NCBI GenBank assembly: GCA_907165135.1
Contig: OU015567.1
Location: forward strand, 16,058,001-16,122,000
Source: Oikopleura dioica
Taxonomy: Eukaryota; Animalia; Chordata
Length of the DNA stretch: 64,000 nucleotides
Direction of reading: 5' to 3'
Below the pieces are notes generated by a model. That model did no database searches and was not told the origin of the DNA. It was given only the letters and a program-made list of their open reading frames with translations. Below are positions 11,254-22,347 of this stretch, piece by piece. The translations under genes were made by a program, and so were the position numbers. Numbering within the stretch: position 1 is the first letter of the stretch; each line of letters opens with the position of its first letter.

Positions 11254-14200
11254 TCAAATTTCTGTTTCATTGTCAGGAAGAAAAATTAAAACATTTTTAC
11301 GTGTAGGATGACTTGGAAATTTTTTTAACAATTCGGTCTCAATTGATGCTTGTAAAATCGTTTTCGAACAGTTATAAAATTTACACGGTAAATCATAAGA
11401 TGCACACAGTGTTTTTAGCTCGGGGACATTCAAATCGTACAAAGTTCTCTCTTTTTGAACTCTAAAGATCGCAAAGAAAAGAAGTTGTCCGTTTTTTGAT
11501 TTACGCCAGTTTGGGTATTCTCTACGAATGGTTTCCTTCACTTTTATCTGAAGTTCTGCCCTTGATTCTTCGAGATCAAAATTCTGATTCATTTTAAATA
11601 GAATAAATAGAAGCGAATCCCTTGTAAGTTCATTGAGCTTGATAAAGATACCGTTTTCAACATAACTTTGTTCTATATCATCAGTGTTTTGCCACTTATC
11701 ATTAAGACGCTTGAAGAACTCAAGATCATGATTCTCCATTTTTATGTGGATTGACATATTTTCCAAATTATTTTCGACTGTAAATTTAGCAATCTTGCGC
11801 TCAACAATAGAATCATCAGATCTTTCACGCGTTCGTTTAAGGGCAACTATTGGATCAATTTCCGGCAATTTATCATAGGACATCAGATGAACGGAGGGCT
11901 CGAACTCAGAACTTGATTTCTCAGAATCAAACGCAATATTTGATCCATTTTCTAATTGATTCAAATCGGATATTTGACTCAGATCAATATTCGGCTGTGG
12001 CAATTCTATCAGAAGAGTCGATGATGAGGAAATATTATCTGATTCTGAAGACGAACTAAACCGCTCCCGACAAGATTCCGAGGAAAAAGATTTTTCTGAT
12101 ATTTCTGAGGATACTGATTCATGCACATTATTCGATTTCTCTTCATCAGAGAAGTTTTCACCAAACAGACCAAGAGAAGTCCCCGAAAAAAGATGGTTTT
12201 CCGAAAAAATTTCAAGAAGCTCGAGATCATTATTGTGATTTTTTGTAACAAGCTTTTGGGTTGTGTCAAAATTCTCTTCCGTTTTTGTGGTCGCATTTCG
12301 CTCAGTATAGATTTTCATATGCTCTGCATGACGCCGAAATTCCTCCTTATCATTTTTAACCGTATACCATAATCCACTCGGAGATTTAAATGTGACTATA
12401 AAAGGACCAATAAATGGGGGAAATTTTTCACGGAAATTTTTTATAAGTATTTTATCGCCCAAATTGTACTCCTTGAAAAAAGGATTGTCAAATTTTGCCA
12501 ATCTTTTTCTCTTTTCTTGCTCAACTTTCGCACGGATATTTTCAAAATCCACGTCGATTTTATCTCCATATGTTCGCCAGTTTGGGTCTTGAAAATGATG
12601 ACTGTTTTTAACACCTGTTTCCACGCAGAATGGGGTTGTTCCGAGTACTGTATGTAAGCTACTGTTTATTTCGTGAATAATTTCGAAAAGGAAAATATCC
12701 CAATTAACCCAATTCGTCCGTGCTCTAAGCCTAGCTTTAATGGTTCGGTTGACATTTTCGACTTGCCCATTTGACTGAGGATGACGCGGGGGAATGTAGT
12801 GAACACCGATTTTATTTTCTTTCAAAAATTTTTCGATCAATATATGTTCTTTCGCATTGTCCAGAACGATATATTTCGGGAATTTTGGATTCCTAAATAA
12901 AACGCTGCGAAATTTTTGCAGAAGATAATCCGATTTTTTACACGATAAGGGCTCTGCGTAAACTTTTTTGCTAAATCCATCTATCACAACCATGATATAT
13001 TTATTACCAAAATCAGTTTCTTGAAGCGGTCCGATAAGGTCAAAATACAAAATTTCAAATGGTCCGCTAGGTGTTTCCGATTTACCTAGAGGGGCTCTAT
13101 TTGGCTGAAGATTTGGCTTAGAAGTTTGACACGTGTGGCATGACCTTATAAAATCGGCAACTGTATTTTTCAATCCTGGCCAAAAATAATTTCTGGAGAT
13201 TTTTTCAGCTGTTATGTCAATTCCGAAATGGGAGCGATCATGGTATTTGCTACAAATAGTTTTTGTCAATGCCTCGGGGACGCAAAATCTTTTTTGATTA
13301 GCAGATGAGTTCAAAACAAGCTCTCCAGACTTAATAATTTCTAGGTCAGATCTTCGAATAAAAAATGGAATCAAATCTCGTGCGGGATTATTTGGCCATC
13401 TATCAATACTAACAAAACGTCTTACTTGCGATAAAATAGAATCTGCTTTCTGAAACTCAACAAATGACTCCATTGTAAAATTGATTTGATTTACCGTACA
13501 ATATAATAAATTACGACTAAGGCAGTCACTTATTTTCATTTGATGAGTTTTTCTTTGCTCAATTCTAAACGAAAACCCTTGAAGTTCCGTGAACCATCTT
13601 TGAATTTTCAAATTGCTTGTCTTGAATGATTGGGCATATTTAACACATGAATTATCTGTTATCCAGAGAAAATCAACATAGGCCAGATAAGCTCTCCAAC
13701 GTTCCATACATGTTTTCCCACTATACAGTTCCTTTTCTAAAGTCCCATATTTAAGCTGAGCCGTAGTGAAATTTAGCGAATGATAAGCTATTGGCTGTAG
13801 ACATTTATGAGAATGGTGGTGCTCTTTATTTTGCTCCGCGCAAAGATAAAGAACCCCACCAAGACTATGCTGACTAGCATCAGTCTCAAGAATGAAAACT
13901 CCATTATTTAGAGGGGGGATCTTTAACTCAAGCGTGTTTTGGCATATGATATTCTTGAGCTTTTCAAATGCATCTGTGGCTTCTTTTGTCCAACGAAACG
14001 AGCCTCTATACGTTTTAGAAATCTCTACACCAAGGGGCGCAAAATTTTTAATAAATTTTCTGTGCTGAGAAAGGAGTCCGAAAAGAGATTGTGCCTCTTC
14101 ACGATTTTTGGGAATTGTCAGTTTTCTAACCGCTTCGATTTTGTCTTGCGAAGGTCGTATTTTCCCATTAAACACTTCAAAACCCAAAATGCATGCTTTT

Positions 14201-15729
14201 CGCTCGAAGAAATTCGCCTTTTCAATATTAATCCGCAAATTATTCTGATCTAAAATTTGAAACAATTTACTTAAATTAGCCAGATGTTCTTCCTCTGTTT
14301 TTGAGTGCACCACTAAATCGTCTAAATATGCGCAAATTTCTGTTTTCGGCGTGTCTCGTAAAATAATATCCATGCATTTTGCGAAATGAATCGGGGCATT
14401 TTTAAGGCCCATGGGGAGCCTTTTCCATGTAAATTGTCCCTGTTCAGTCGAAAAAGCAAGCTTCGCCCTGGATTCCTCGTCCACGAGGCATTGATGAAAA
14501 CCTTTGCGCAAATCAACGCAAGAAAAAATCAAGCTGTTCTCCAAAAACCCTAAAACGTCTTCTATTTGTTGCAACGGGTGATGTTGCTGTAGCGTAAACG
14601 AATTAAGCTTCCTATAATCGATACATAATCTAAATGTTCCATTACGTTTTCTTACAAGTAACGCGGGAGAGTTATAAGGAGAATTTATCCGCACAATCAT
14701 GTCTTGGCCAAGGTATGATGTAAGGGTTTTTCCCATTACTCCACGGAGTGCATAGGGCGTTCTGTACATATTACTGGAAATGGGGCGATCAGTCTCTAAT
14801 TCAATCGAAAATTTCTCAAGATTAGAAACAGGCAAATCGTCGTCTTCATCTTGAAATAAGTGGGTGTAGATACCAAGAAGACCAAAAAATATTGGGCGAT
14901 TTTTTTCCGATATATCCCCTATTTTTAACCGTGAAAGAATAAAATCAAGATCCTTTTTTGAAGGATTTATAGACGCGATCTCAGCTATTTCTGCGAGTTT
15001 TGCAAAAACTGTTCCAGCGGGAATCTTTATCGAGGAATTAAGGGGATTGATAACAAGAACACGAAAAACCGGATTTTCGGGATCAACTCTCTGAAATGAT
15101 TCTATCAATTCAAGCTTTGAATTTTTAAGCTGGCTCTCTTCTAAAAATAAGTTCATCGATCTATTTAAATGAGGAATTTTTAAATCAATTATTTGTTCAC
15201 TTTTGCCTCTAAATGTGAAGTTCTGTTCTGATACAGCGTATAAACTATCCTGTTCGATACCAAAAATTGACGGGTTATTCAATGAATTATTTGATAGATT
15301 AGCCATTCGCTCAATTGGGCCTGATTTGACAAGACGATTACGATGGAGATTTATCAATATTTCGTTGGATTTAAGCGCTTCTGAACCAAGAATTGCCTCG
15401 CAATTATCATTAACTATGTAAAATCGGGATTTACCCCATTTTTCAGTTTTAACATGAAAATCACATTCAACATAACCAAGAATCTCAACACTGCCCCCAC
15501 CGTAATTCTTTGCAAAAATATCTGGCGCGTGAATTTTAACATTATCGGGATTATCGGGAATAAAAGATTTTGGGAGGAGATTAAGCTGAGATCCTGAATC
15601 GACGAGCATTTTGATTGTTTTTGAAAAAATTGTCATCTCTACGAAATACTGTAATCCTATGCGAAAAATTGAACAAGTCCTTGGAACTGTTGCCTGACCA
15701 GGGCTTCCAGTTCCATTTACTCGTTTTTT
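11254..15729 (-). CDS. pol: A1 Pol (protease, RT, RNase H, integrase, acidic linker, tandem SAP/HeH-like C-terminal repeats)
   Basis: Uninterrupted 1460-aa ORF 11254-15636: LVDSGS, YLDD, ETDAS, H..H..CxxC, FDLIG/LDNAKE/GQVEN, GPF. Start extended to the slippery site by inference from the A2 copies. Confidence 0.93.
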   Translation of the reverse strand, partial: KKRVNGTGSPGQATVPRTCSIFRIGLQYFVEMTIFSKTIKMLVDSGSQLNLLPKSFIPDNPDNVKIHAPDIFAKNYGGGSVEILGYVECDFHVKTEKWGKSRFYIVNDNCEAILGSEALKSNEILINLHRNRLVKSGPIERMANLSNNSLNNPSIFGIEQDSLYAVSEQNFTFRGKSEQIIDLKIPHLNRSMNLFLEESQLKNSKLELIESFQRVDPENPVFRVLVINPLNSSIKIPAGTVFAKLAEIAEIASINPSKKDLDFILSRLKIGDISEKNRPIFFGLLGIYTHLFQDEDDDLPVSNLEKFSIELETDRPISSNMYRTPYALRGVMGKTLTSYLGQDMIVRINSPYNSPALLVRKRNGTFRLCIDYRKLNSFTLQQHHPLQQIEDVLGFLENSLIFSCVDLRKGFHQCLVDEESRAKLAFSTEQGQFTWKRLPMGLKNAPIHFAKCMDIILRDTPKTEICAYLDDLVVHSKTEEEHLANLSKLFQILDQNNLRINIEKANFFERKACILGFEVFNGKIRPSQDKIEAVRKLTIPKNREEAQSLFGLLSQHRKFIKNFAPLGVEISKTYRGSFRWTKEATDAFEKLKNIICQNTLELKIPPLNNGVFILETDASQHSLGGVLYLCAEQNKEHHHSHKCLQPIAYHSLNFTTAQLKYGTLEKELYSGKTCMERWRAYLAYVDFLWITDNSCVKYAQSFKTSNLKIQRWFTELQGFSFRIEQRKTHQMKISDCLSRNLLYCTVNQINFTMESFVEFQKADSILSQVRRFVSIDRWPNNPARDLIPFFIRRSDLEIIKSGELVLNSSANQKRFCVPEALTKTICSKYHDRSHFGIDITAEKISRNYFWPGLKNTVADFIRSCHTCQTSKPNLQPNRAPLGKSETPSGPFEILYFDLIGPLQETDFGNKYIMVVIDGFSKKVYAEPLSCKKSDYLLQKFRSVLFRNPKFPKYIVLDNAKEHILIEKFLKENKIGVHYIPPRHPQSNGQVENVNRTIKARLRARTNWVNWDIFLFEIIHEINSSLHTVLGTTPFCVETGVKNSHHFQDPNWRTYGDKIDVDFENIRAKVEQEKRKRLAKFDNPFFKEYNLGDKILIKNFREKFPPFIGPFIVTFKSPSGLWYTVKNDKEEFRRHAEHMKIYTERNATTKTEENFDTTQKLVTKNHNNDLELLEIFSENHLFSGTSLGLFGENFSDEEKSNNVHESVSSEISEKSFSSESCRERFSSSSESDNISSSSTLLIELPQPNIDLSQISDLNQLENGSNIAFDSEKSSSEFEPSVHLMSYDKLPEIDPIVALKRTRERSDDSIVERKIAKFTVENNLENMSIHIKMENHDLEFFKRLNDKWQNTDDIEQSYVENGIFIKLNELTRDSLLFILFKMNQNFDLEESRAELQIKVKETIRREYPNWRKSKNGQLLFFAIFRVQKERTLYDLNVPELKTLCASYDLPCKFYNCSKTILQASIETELLKKFPSHPTRKNVLIFLPDNETEI
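15682..15729 (-). promoter_or_regulatory. -1 ribosomal frameshift signal (A1)
   Basis: Minus strand A_AAA_AAC GAG TAA, 7-nt spacer, stem TGGAACTG/CAGTTCCA. Confidence 0.8.
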
Positions 15730-17243
15730 GAAGATTGGTCTCCCTCAACTCGGGCCGCTCTGTAAATTCTATCGGGATTCTCGGGGCACGCAGTTTTCAT
15801 GTGGCCTTTTTTCTGACAAAAATGACAGGTACAGTTCTTTTCCTCTTTTGTGGACATTTTTTGTCCCAAAATTTTCGAAAAATGTCCACAAACTTGGGCA
15901 ACGTCTTCCGAAAAAATGTCCCATCGAACTCGCTTAAAATTTTTCGAGATTTGAGTACGCCGAATGGTTTTCTAGACTTTGCATTTATGCTCCTGAAAGA
16001 CTGACAAAGGCTCCTTTGTCTCTAGTTCAACCTTAAATTTTGTTTTTTTTTTCGTAAACAATGAACAACTCGATCTTGATTAGCAAGAATTAATCTCAAG
16101 ACAAAAAAAATTGTCTTTTTTATTTCTTTCCGCGAAAAAATGTCCACAAACTTGGAACAGCATCTTTTATAAAGTGTCCCACTTAAAGGCCTTACAATGG
16201 AAAAAATATCCACAAACTTGGGGTCCACAAAAAAGGAAAAAAACTGTAATAAAGGGACAATGCGATCTGAAATGGGTGTCTGTATTACAAAATCCACAAA
16301 AACGTCGAGGCCGTTGTCGATCAGCGTTCGGCGCGCCCAAATTTCGACTTTGAAAATTCCGTTGCTGGGGATTTTGGCGCGTCAAACTATGATCGTTGCG
16401 ACGATCTAATTCCAATTTTGAAATTGTGGCCGTTAACCTTTCAATCTGATCATGCAGCGCACATGCCCGCTTTTCCGCAGCCTCTTCCGATTTTTTCTGC
16501 TCCATTTTTAATTGAGCAATTTGGTCCTCAAAGGACATTGATGATTTTGAAATTAAATCGGAGGTTTGCTGAAAAAACGAGCCAAGTTTCGCGTCAATCT
16601 CAATTTGAGAAACTTTGGGAACCGTTTCATTCCTCTTTCTTTTGTCCAGGAATTTTGAAATCTCCTCGGGGGTTTTTTCAAGCATGCATTGATCCCGAAG
16701 AAAATTCTGCAATTCCGGAGTAAGAGACTTTCGAAATTGAGTGTCTATAATATATTCTCTTGCGTCCGGTTTTTGCGAAATCTTCTCCGCGACTGTTTTT
16801 ACACGTGACAAAAAAATCTCGAACTTCTCATTATTTTCACTTTTACGAGTGAGACTTTCTAGTTTTTCTTTATTCCGAAGAATTTTCTCTTCGGCCGATT
16901 CGTCGCCAAAAACGGATGTCAAAAAAGACAATTTTTCTTCGGCTGATTCAAATCCATAAAGGTCTTCTCCGTATTCTTTGAGAAAGCAGGGCTCACAAGA
17001 ATTGTAGACAAACGAACTCGAAAGACGCGCGAATTGGGCCTCAAGGTCAGATTTGTTTGTGGGCTTATTTTCCGCTAGCGACTTATCAAAAATCCATTTT
17101 GCTCGCTGAATTTTGTCTTTAATTGACGAGCTAATCAGATTAAATTCGTAATTTCTCATCCCTAATCTAATCATTTGATTTGGAGAAACCGAAAAAAGTG
17201 CATGACTTTTGTACAGTACCTCTTCAGGAGTAGCGGTCACCAT
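15717..17243 (-). pseudogene. gag: A1 Gag with two CCHC knuckles, interrupted by a MITE
   Basis: MVTATPEE... aligns with A2 Gag. The insertion splits the CPFIT|CHFC junction between the knuckles; the gag tail and stop lie at 15717-15829. Confidence 0.9.
15832..16246. mobile_element. 415-bp MITE, Tc1/mariner-like (TA TSD)
   Basis: 24-bp imperfect TIRs CAGTTCTTTTCCTCTTTTGTGGAC / GTCCACAAAAAAGGAAAAAAACTG. TA duplicated at 15830-31 and 16247-48; removing the insert restores the gag sequence seen in A2. Internal repeats of TCCACAAACTTGG; no coding capacity evident. Confidence 0.88.
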
Positions 17244-18551
17244 GATACGGAAGCGGCTGTCCTGCAATTTATGCGCGTTCTCTAACTCTAGAATGCCAAG
17301 CTAAAAATGACGAGAATCAAATTTTTTAATTTGCGTGGTTTTATTTGTGATTTGAATGAGAAAAAGAAGCACGGCGCGCGGTTAAATACGGCGAGATTGA
17401 ATCAATGTTTTTGAACGAGCGGTTGTTTTTGAGCTTTTGAAAAGCTTTTGTTTTTGAAATCAAGGAAGAAAGCCCAAGGCCATCAAAGCAGTTTTTCTTT
17501 CGGGAAATCCTTACGGATCGTATTCTTGCCGATTTAGAGCTGAGCTTGTCGAGCTTGCCGAGCAAGTTATGATCGTTTATCTTTTCGAGCCGGCGCCGCG
17601 TGTGAAGAGTTCATAAAACGCAAATTATAATTTTTGATAAAAATAAACAAAGAATAAATTTACAGTCATTTAAACTTCTCACTATGTGACCGTAGAAATG
17701 ACTGTAAAATAAAAACGAATAAAAGAAATAAAGAATATGTACAAAATAAGAAATAAATATTTAAACTTAAATTTGGTCAGGATTCTAGTTAAAATATTTT
17801 TTTTCGAATTTAAAGAATAGAAAAAATCCAAGGAACGTACCCGGGGAGAGTTACTGTCGCGGTTCACATCGTATCTTCTCTTACGACTCGCTACTTTGCG
17901 ACAAGCGGGCCTTCTGACATAGAAAAGGACCCGTTCCCACGGCATCGCGAGTGATACGGCGATATATCGGTTCGTTGAAGTAGTAGAAGTTGTTAAGAGC
18001 GTTGTAGGCGTCCTCGTTGTTGAAATTAAATCGTAAGCTGCACGGTCAATAATTGAACTGTAAAATCGCAAGACGTGATAAATAAAAAGATCGAATATTA
18101 AAACGAAGCACGGTATTGCGAGGTACTATTTGTTTGATGAAATGACGTCGAATTGCACTAGAAAAGTCAGAAACAAATTAAGATTTTTCGAAGTATGCGT
18201 ACATACACATTAATCCTAGACAGAACCCTTAATTAATTTCCGACCCGTTGATTATGATGAGAGCATGTGAGCATTCCAATGAAAGATAGAAAAGACCAAA
18301 AGAATAAGATAATGAGATGATAACGAATTGATGTTTTGGGTCAGTCTGGCTCGTTAAAACTGACCGTCTTTTTATCGTGTTTAGAAAACTACCGTGAAAT
18401 GATTTTTATCAAAAAAACTGAGAAATCAATTTGGTGATACCAAGCTGATAAAACAGATTTTATAACCATGTAGACCCGAACTTGCGTAAATCTTTGGCCG
18501 TGAAAAAGAAGAGTTTGATTTTGTTTGAGGCGTTGTTCCCTAAGGATATCA
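17243..18551 (-). repeat. A1 5' LTR (1309 bp)
   Basis: Direct repeat of 9892-11201; followed on the minus strand by TGGTGACC. Confidence 0.95.
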
Positions 18552-21139
18552 TTTTCAGATGATTTTCAGGTCATAAAAATCATAGAAAAAAAATCAACAA
18601 AAATTCTGATGCGTTTTTTGGCGTTTTCAGATGATTTTCAGGTCATGAAAATAAAGAAAAAATCAACAAAAATTCTGATGCGTTTTTTGGCGTTTTCAGA
18701 TGATTTTCAGGTCATGAAAATAAAGAAAAATCAAGAAAAATTCTGATGCGTTTTTTGGCGTTTTCAGATGAAATTCAGGTCATAAAAATCAAAAAAATCA
18801 AGAAAAATTCTGATGCGTTTTTTGGCGTTTTAAGATGATTTTCAATTCATAAATTTCAAAAAAAATCAAGAAAAATTCTGATGCGTTTTTTGGCGTTTTC
18901 AGATGATTTTCAGGTCATAAAAATCAAAGAAAAAAAATCAAGAAAAATTTTGAAGCGTTTTTTGGCGTTTTCAGATGATTTTTAGGTCATAAAAATCAAA
19001 AAAAGAAAAGAAAAATTCTGATGCGTTTTTTGGCATTTTCAGATGATTTTCAGGCCATAAAAATCAAAAAAAAAAATCAAGAAAAATTCTGATGCGTTCT
19101 CTGACGTTTTTAGATGATTTTCAGGTCATAAAAATCAAAAAAAAAAATCAAGAAAAATTCTGATGCGTTTTTTGGCGTTTTCAGATGATTTTTGGTCATA
19201 AACATCAAACAAAAATCAACAAAAATTCTGATGCGTTTTTTGGCGTTTTCAGATGATTTTCAGGTCATGAAAATAAAGAAAAAATCAAGAAAAATCCTGA
19301 TGCGTTTTTTGGCGTTTTCAGATAAAATTCAGGTCATAAAAATCAAAAAAAATCAAGAAAAATTCTGATGCGTTTTTTGGCGTTTTAAGATGATTTTCAA
19401 TTCATAAATTTCAAAAAAAATCAAGAAAAATTCTGATGCGTTTTTTGGCGTTTTCAGATGATTTTCAGGTCATAAAAATCATAGAAAAAAAATCAAGAAA
19501 AATTTTGAAGCGTTTTTTGGCGTTTTCAGATGAAATTCAGGTCATAAAAATCAAAAAATAAAATCAAGAAAAATTCTGATGCGTTCTCTGACGTTTTCAG
19601 ATGATTTTCAGGTCATAAAAATCAAAAAAAAAAATCAAGAAAAATTCTGATGCGTATTTTGGCGTTTTCAGATGATTTTGGTCATAAACATCAAACAAAA
19701 ATCAACAAAAATTCTGATGCGTTTTTTGGCGTTTTCAGATGATTTTCAGGTCATGAAAATAAAGAAAAAATCAACAAAAATTCTGATGCGTTTTTTGGCG
19801 TTTTCAGATGATTTTCAGGTCATGAAAATAAAGAAAAATCAAGAAAAATTCTGATGCGTTTTTTGGCGTTTTCAGATGAAATTCAGGTCATAAAAATCAA
19901 AAAAAATCAAGAAAAATTCTGATGCGTTTTTTGGCGTTTTAAGATGATTTTCAATTCATAAATTTCAAAAAAAATCAAGAAAAATTCTGATGCGTTTTTT
20001 GGCGTTTTCAGATGATTTTCAGGTCATAAAAATCAAAGAAAAAAAATCAAGAAAAATTTTGAAGCGTTTTTTGGCGTTTTCAGATGATTTTTAGGTCATA
20101 AAAATCAAAAAAAAAGAAAAGAAAAATTCTGATGCGTTTTTTGGCGTTTTCAGATGATTTTCAGGCCATAAAAATCATAACAAAATCAAGAAAAATTCTG
20201 ATGCGTTTTTTGGCGTTTTTAGATGATTTTCAGTTCATAAAAATCAAAAAAAATATCAAGAAATATTCTGATGCGTTTTTTGGCATTTTCCGATGATTTT
20301 CAGGTCATTAAAATCATAAAAAAAAATCAAGAAAAATTCTGATGCGTTTTTTGGCGTTTTCAGATGATATAAAGGTCATAAAAATCAAAAAAAAATCAAG
20401 GAAAATTCTGATGCATTTTTTGGCGTTTTCAGATGATTTTCAGGTCATAAAAATCAAAAAAAAATCAAGAAAAATTCTGATGCGTTTTTTGGCGTTTTCA
20501 GATGATTTTTAGGTCATTTAAATCAAAAAAAAATCAAGGAAAATTCTGATGCGTTTTTTGGCGTTTTCAGATGATTTTCAGGTCATAAAAATAAAAAAAA
20601 AATCAAGAAAAATTCTGTTGCGTTTTTCGGCGTTTTCAGATGATTTTTAGTTCATGAAAATCAAAAAAAATCAAGAAAAATTCTTATGCGTTTTTTTTGC
20701 GTTTTCAGATGATTTTCAGGTGATAAAAATAAAATCAAGGAAAATTCTGATGCGTTTTTGAGCATTTTCAGATGATTTTCAGGTCATAAAAATCAAAAAA
20801 TAAAATCAAGAAAAATTCTGATGCGTTCTCTGACGTTTTCAGATGATTTTCAGGTCATAAAAATCAAAAAAAAAAAATCAAGAAAAATTCTGATGCGTTT
20901 TTTGGCGTTTTCAGATGATTTTTGGTCATAAACATCAAACAAAAATCAACAAAAATTCTGATGCGTTTTTTGGCGTTTTCAGATGATTTTCAGGTCATGA
21001 AAATAAAGAAAAAATCAAGAAAAATTCTGATGCGTTTTTTGGCGTTTTCAGATGAAATTCAGGTCATAAAAATCAAAAAAAATCAAGAAAAATTCTGATG
21101 CGTTTTTTGGCGTTTTAAGATGATTTTCAATTCAGAAAT
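18552..21139 (+). repeat. ~69-bp satellite array, segment 2
   Basis: Same monomer and variants; resumes in register after the TSD. Confidence 0.98.
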
Positions 21140-22347
21140 TGATATCCTTAGGGAACAACGCCTCAAGCCAAATAAAAAATTTTTATTTCACGGCCAAATA
21201 TTTACGCCAATTCGGTTCTACGTTAGTTTAAATTTGTCTTGTCAGCTTGGTATCACCAAATTGATCAGACATATTTGCAAAAATCATTTCACGATATTCT
21301 ACTTAAAATGAAAAGATGGTCAGTTTTAACGAGCCAGATTGACCCAAAATTGTCTTATCATCATGTCATCTCCTTACGATCTATACGTTCTATCATTGGA
21401 ATGCTCATATGCTCTCATCATAATACTTTTCTAGTGCAATCTGATGTCAATTCATCCAAAAATATGCTATTTGCAAAACTGCATGTTTAATCTATTTATC
21501 GATATTTCTTATCATTGCTTTGCGATTTTTAAAGTTCGATTATTGACAGTGCATACGATTCAACTTCTACAACAAGAAAGTCGTCAACATCTTCTTCAAC
21601 AACAACTACTCCAAGGAGCCGATAAACCGTCGTATCATCTCGGTGCCGTGGGGTCGGACAAACTCTATGTCAGGGCGTCCGCTTGTCGCAAATTAGCTCA
21701 TCCGTAAGAGAAGATACGGTGCGAACCGCGACAGTAACTTCCCCCCGGGTATGTTCCTTGGAATTTGCTTCTTCTGTGATTTCAATTTTGATAAATTCAT
21801 TTTATAAAATCCTGACCAAATTTTATTCAATTTATTTGTTAAAATTTTGTATATATTCTTTTTACTTTTCTCATCCTTTTTTTATTTCAACCATAATTAA
21901 CAGTCACTTCTACGGTCACATAGTGAGAAGTTTAAGTGGCTGTTATTATTTTCTGCTTTTTATTTTGAAAAAATTAATTTGCGTTTTATCTCGTCACGCG
22001 CGGCGCCGGCTCCCGAAACCTTTGAAAATAACTTGCTTGGCAAGTTCGATCAGCTCGTCTTCCGAAAAGAAATCGATCCGAAAGGATTTCCCGCAAGAAA
22101 AACCGCTAAAGAAAGCCACGGGCTCTCTTCCTTGTTTTCAAAAGAAAAATTGTTTTTCAAAAACAACCGCTTGTTCAAAAACACTGATCAAATCTCGCTG
22201 CTATTTAACCCCGCGTCGCGCCTTTTTCAGTCATTCAAATCACAAATAAAACCACGCAAATTTAAAATTTGATTCTCGATATTTTGGCTTGGCATTCTAG
22301 AGTTAGAGATCGAGCAAAATTCTTGCAGGACAGCCGCTTCCGTATCA
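21140..22347 (+). repeat. A2a 5' LTR (1208 bp)
   Basis: Repeated at 27959, 32242 and 39065; AATAAA at 22245-22250. Confidence 0.95.

Larger units (their letters stand above)
9892..18551 (-). mobile_element. Full-length Ty3/gypsy LTR retrotransposon, subfamily A1 (gag disrupted by a MITE)
   Basis: Two ~1.31-kb LTRs, TGATA...TATCA termini, TSD TTTTC (9887-9891 and 18552-18556), gag and PR-RT-RH-IN pol. Confidence 0.97.

Noticed and set aside
21914-21920. Tf1-style self-priming via LTR GGTCAC pairing with PBS GTGACC
   Set aside because: It works for A (6-7 nt), but B1 and B2 PBS sequences do not covary with their LTR motifs.
21683-22272. 188-aa and 97-aa ORFs in A2 LTRs, and 64-108-aa ORFs in B LTRs
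   Set aside because: They recur only because LTRs are duplicated, mostly start at TTG, and are not conserved across subfamilies.
22269-22346. N-terminal Gag extension into the LTR suggested by the ORF track
   Set aside because: It starts at TTG, differs in A1 and is absent in B1 and B2, whose ORFs begin exactly at the junction ATG.
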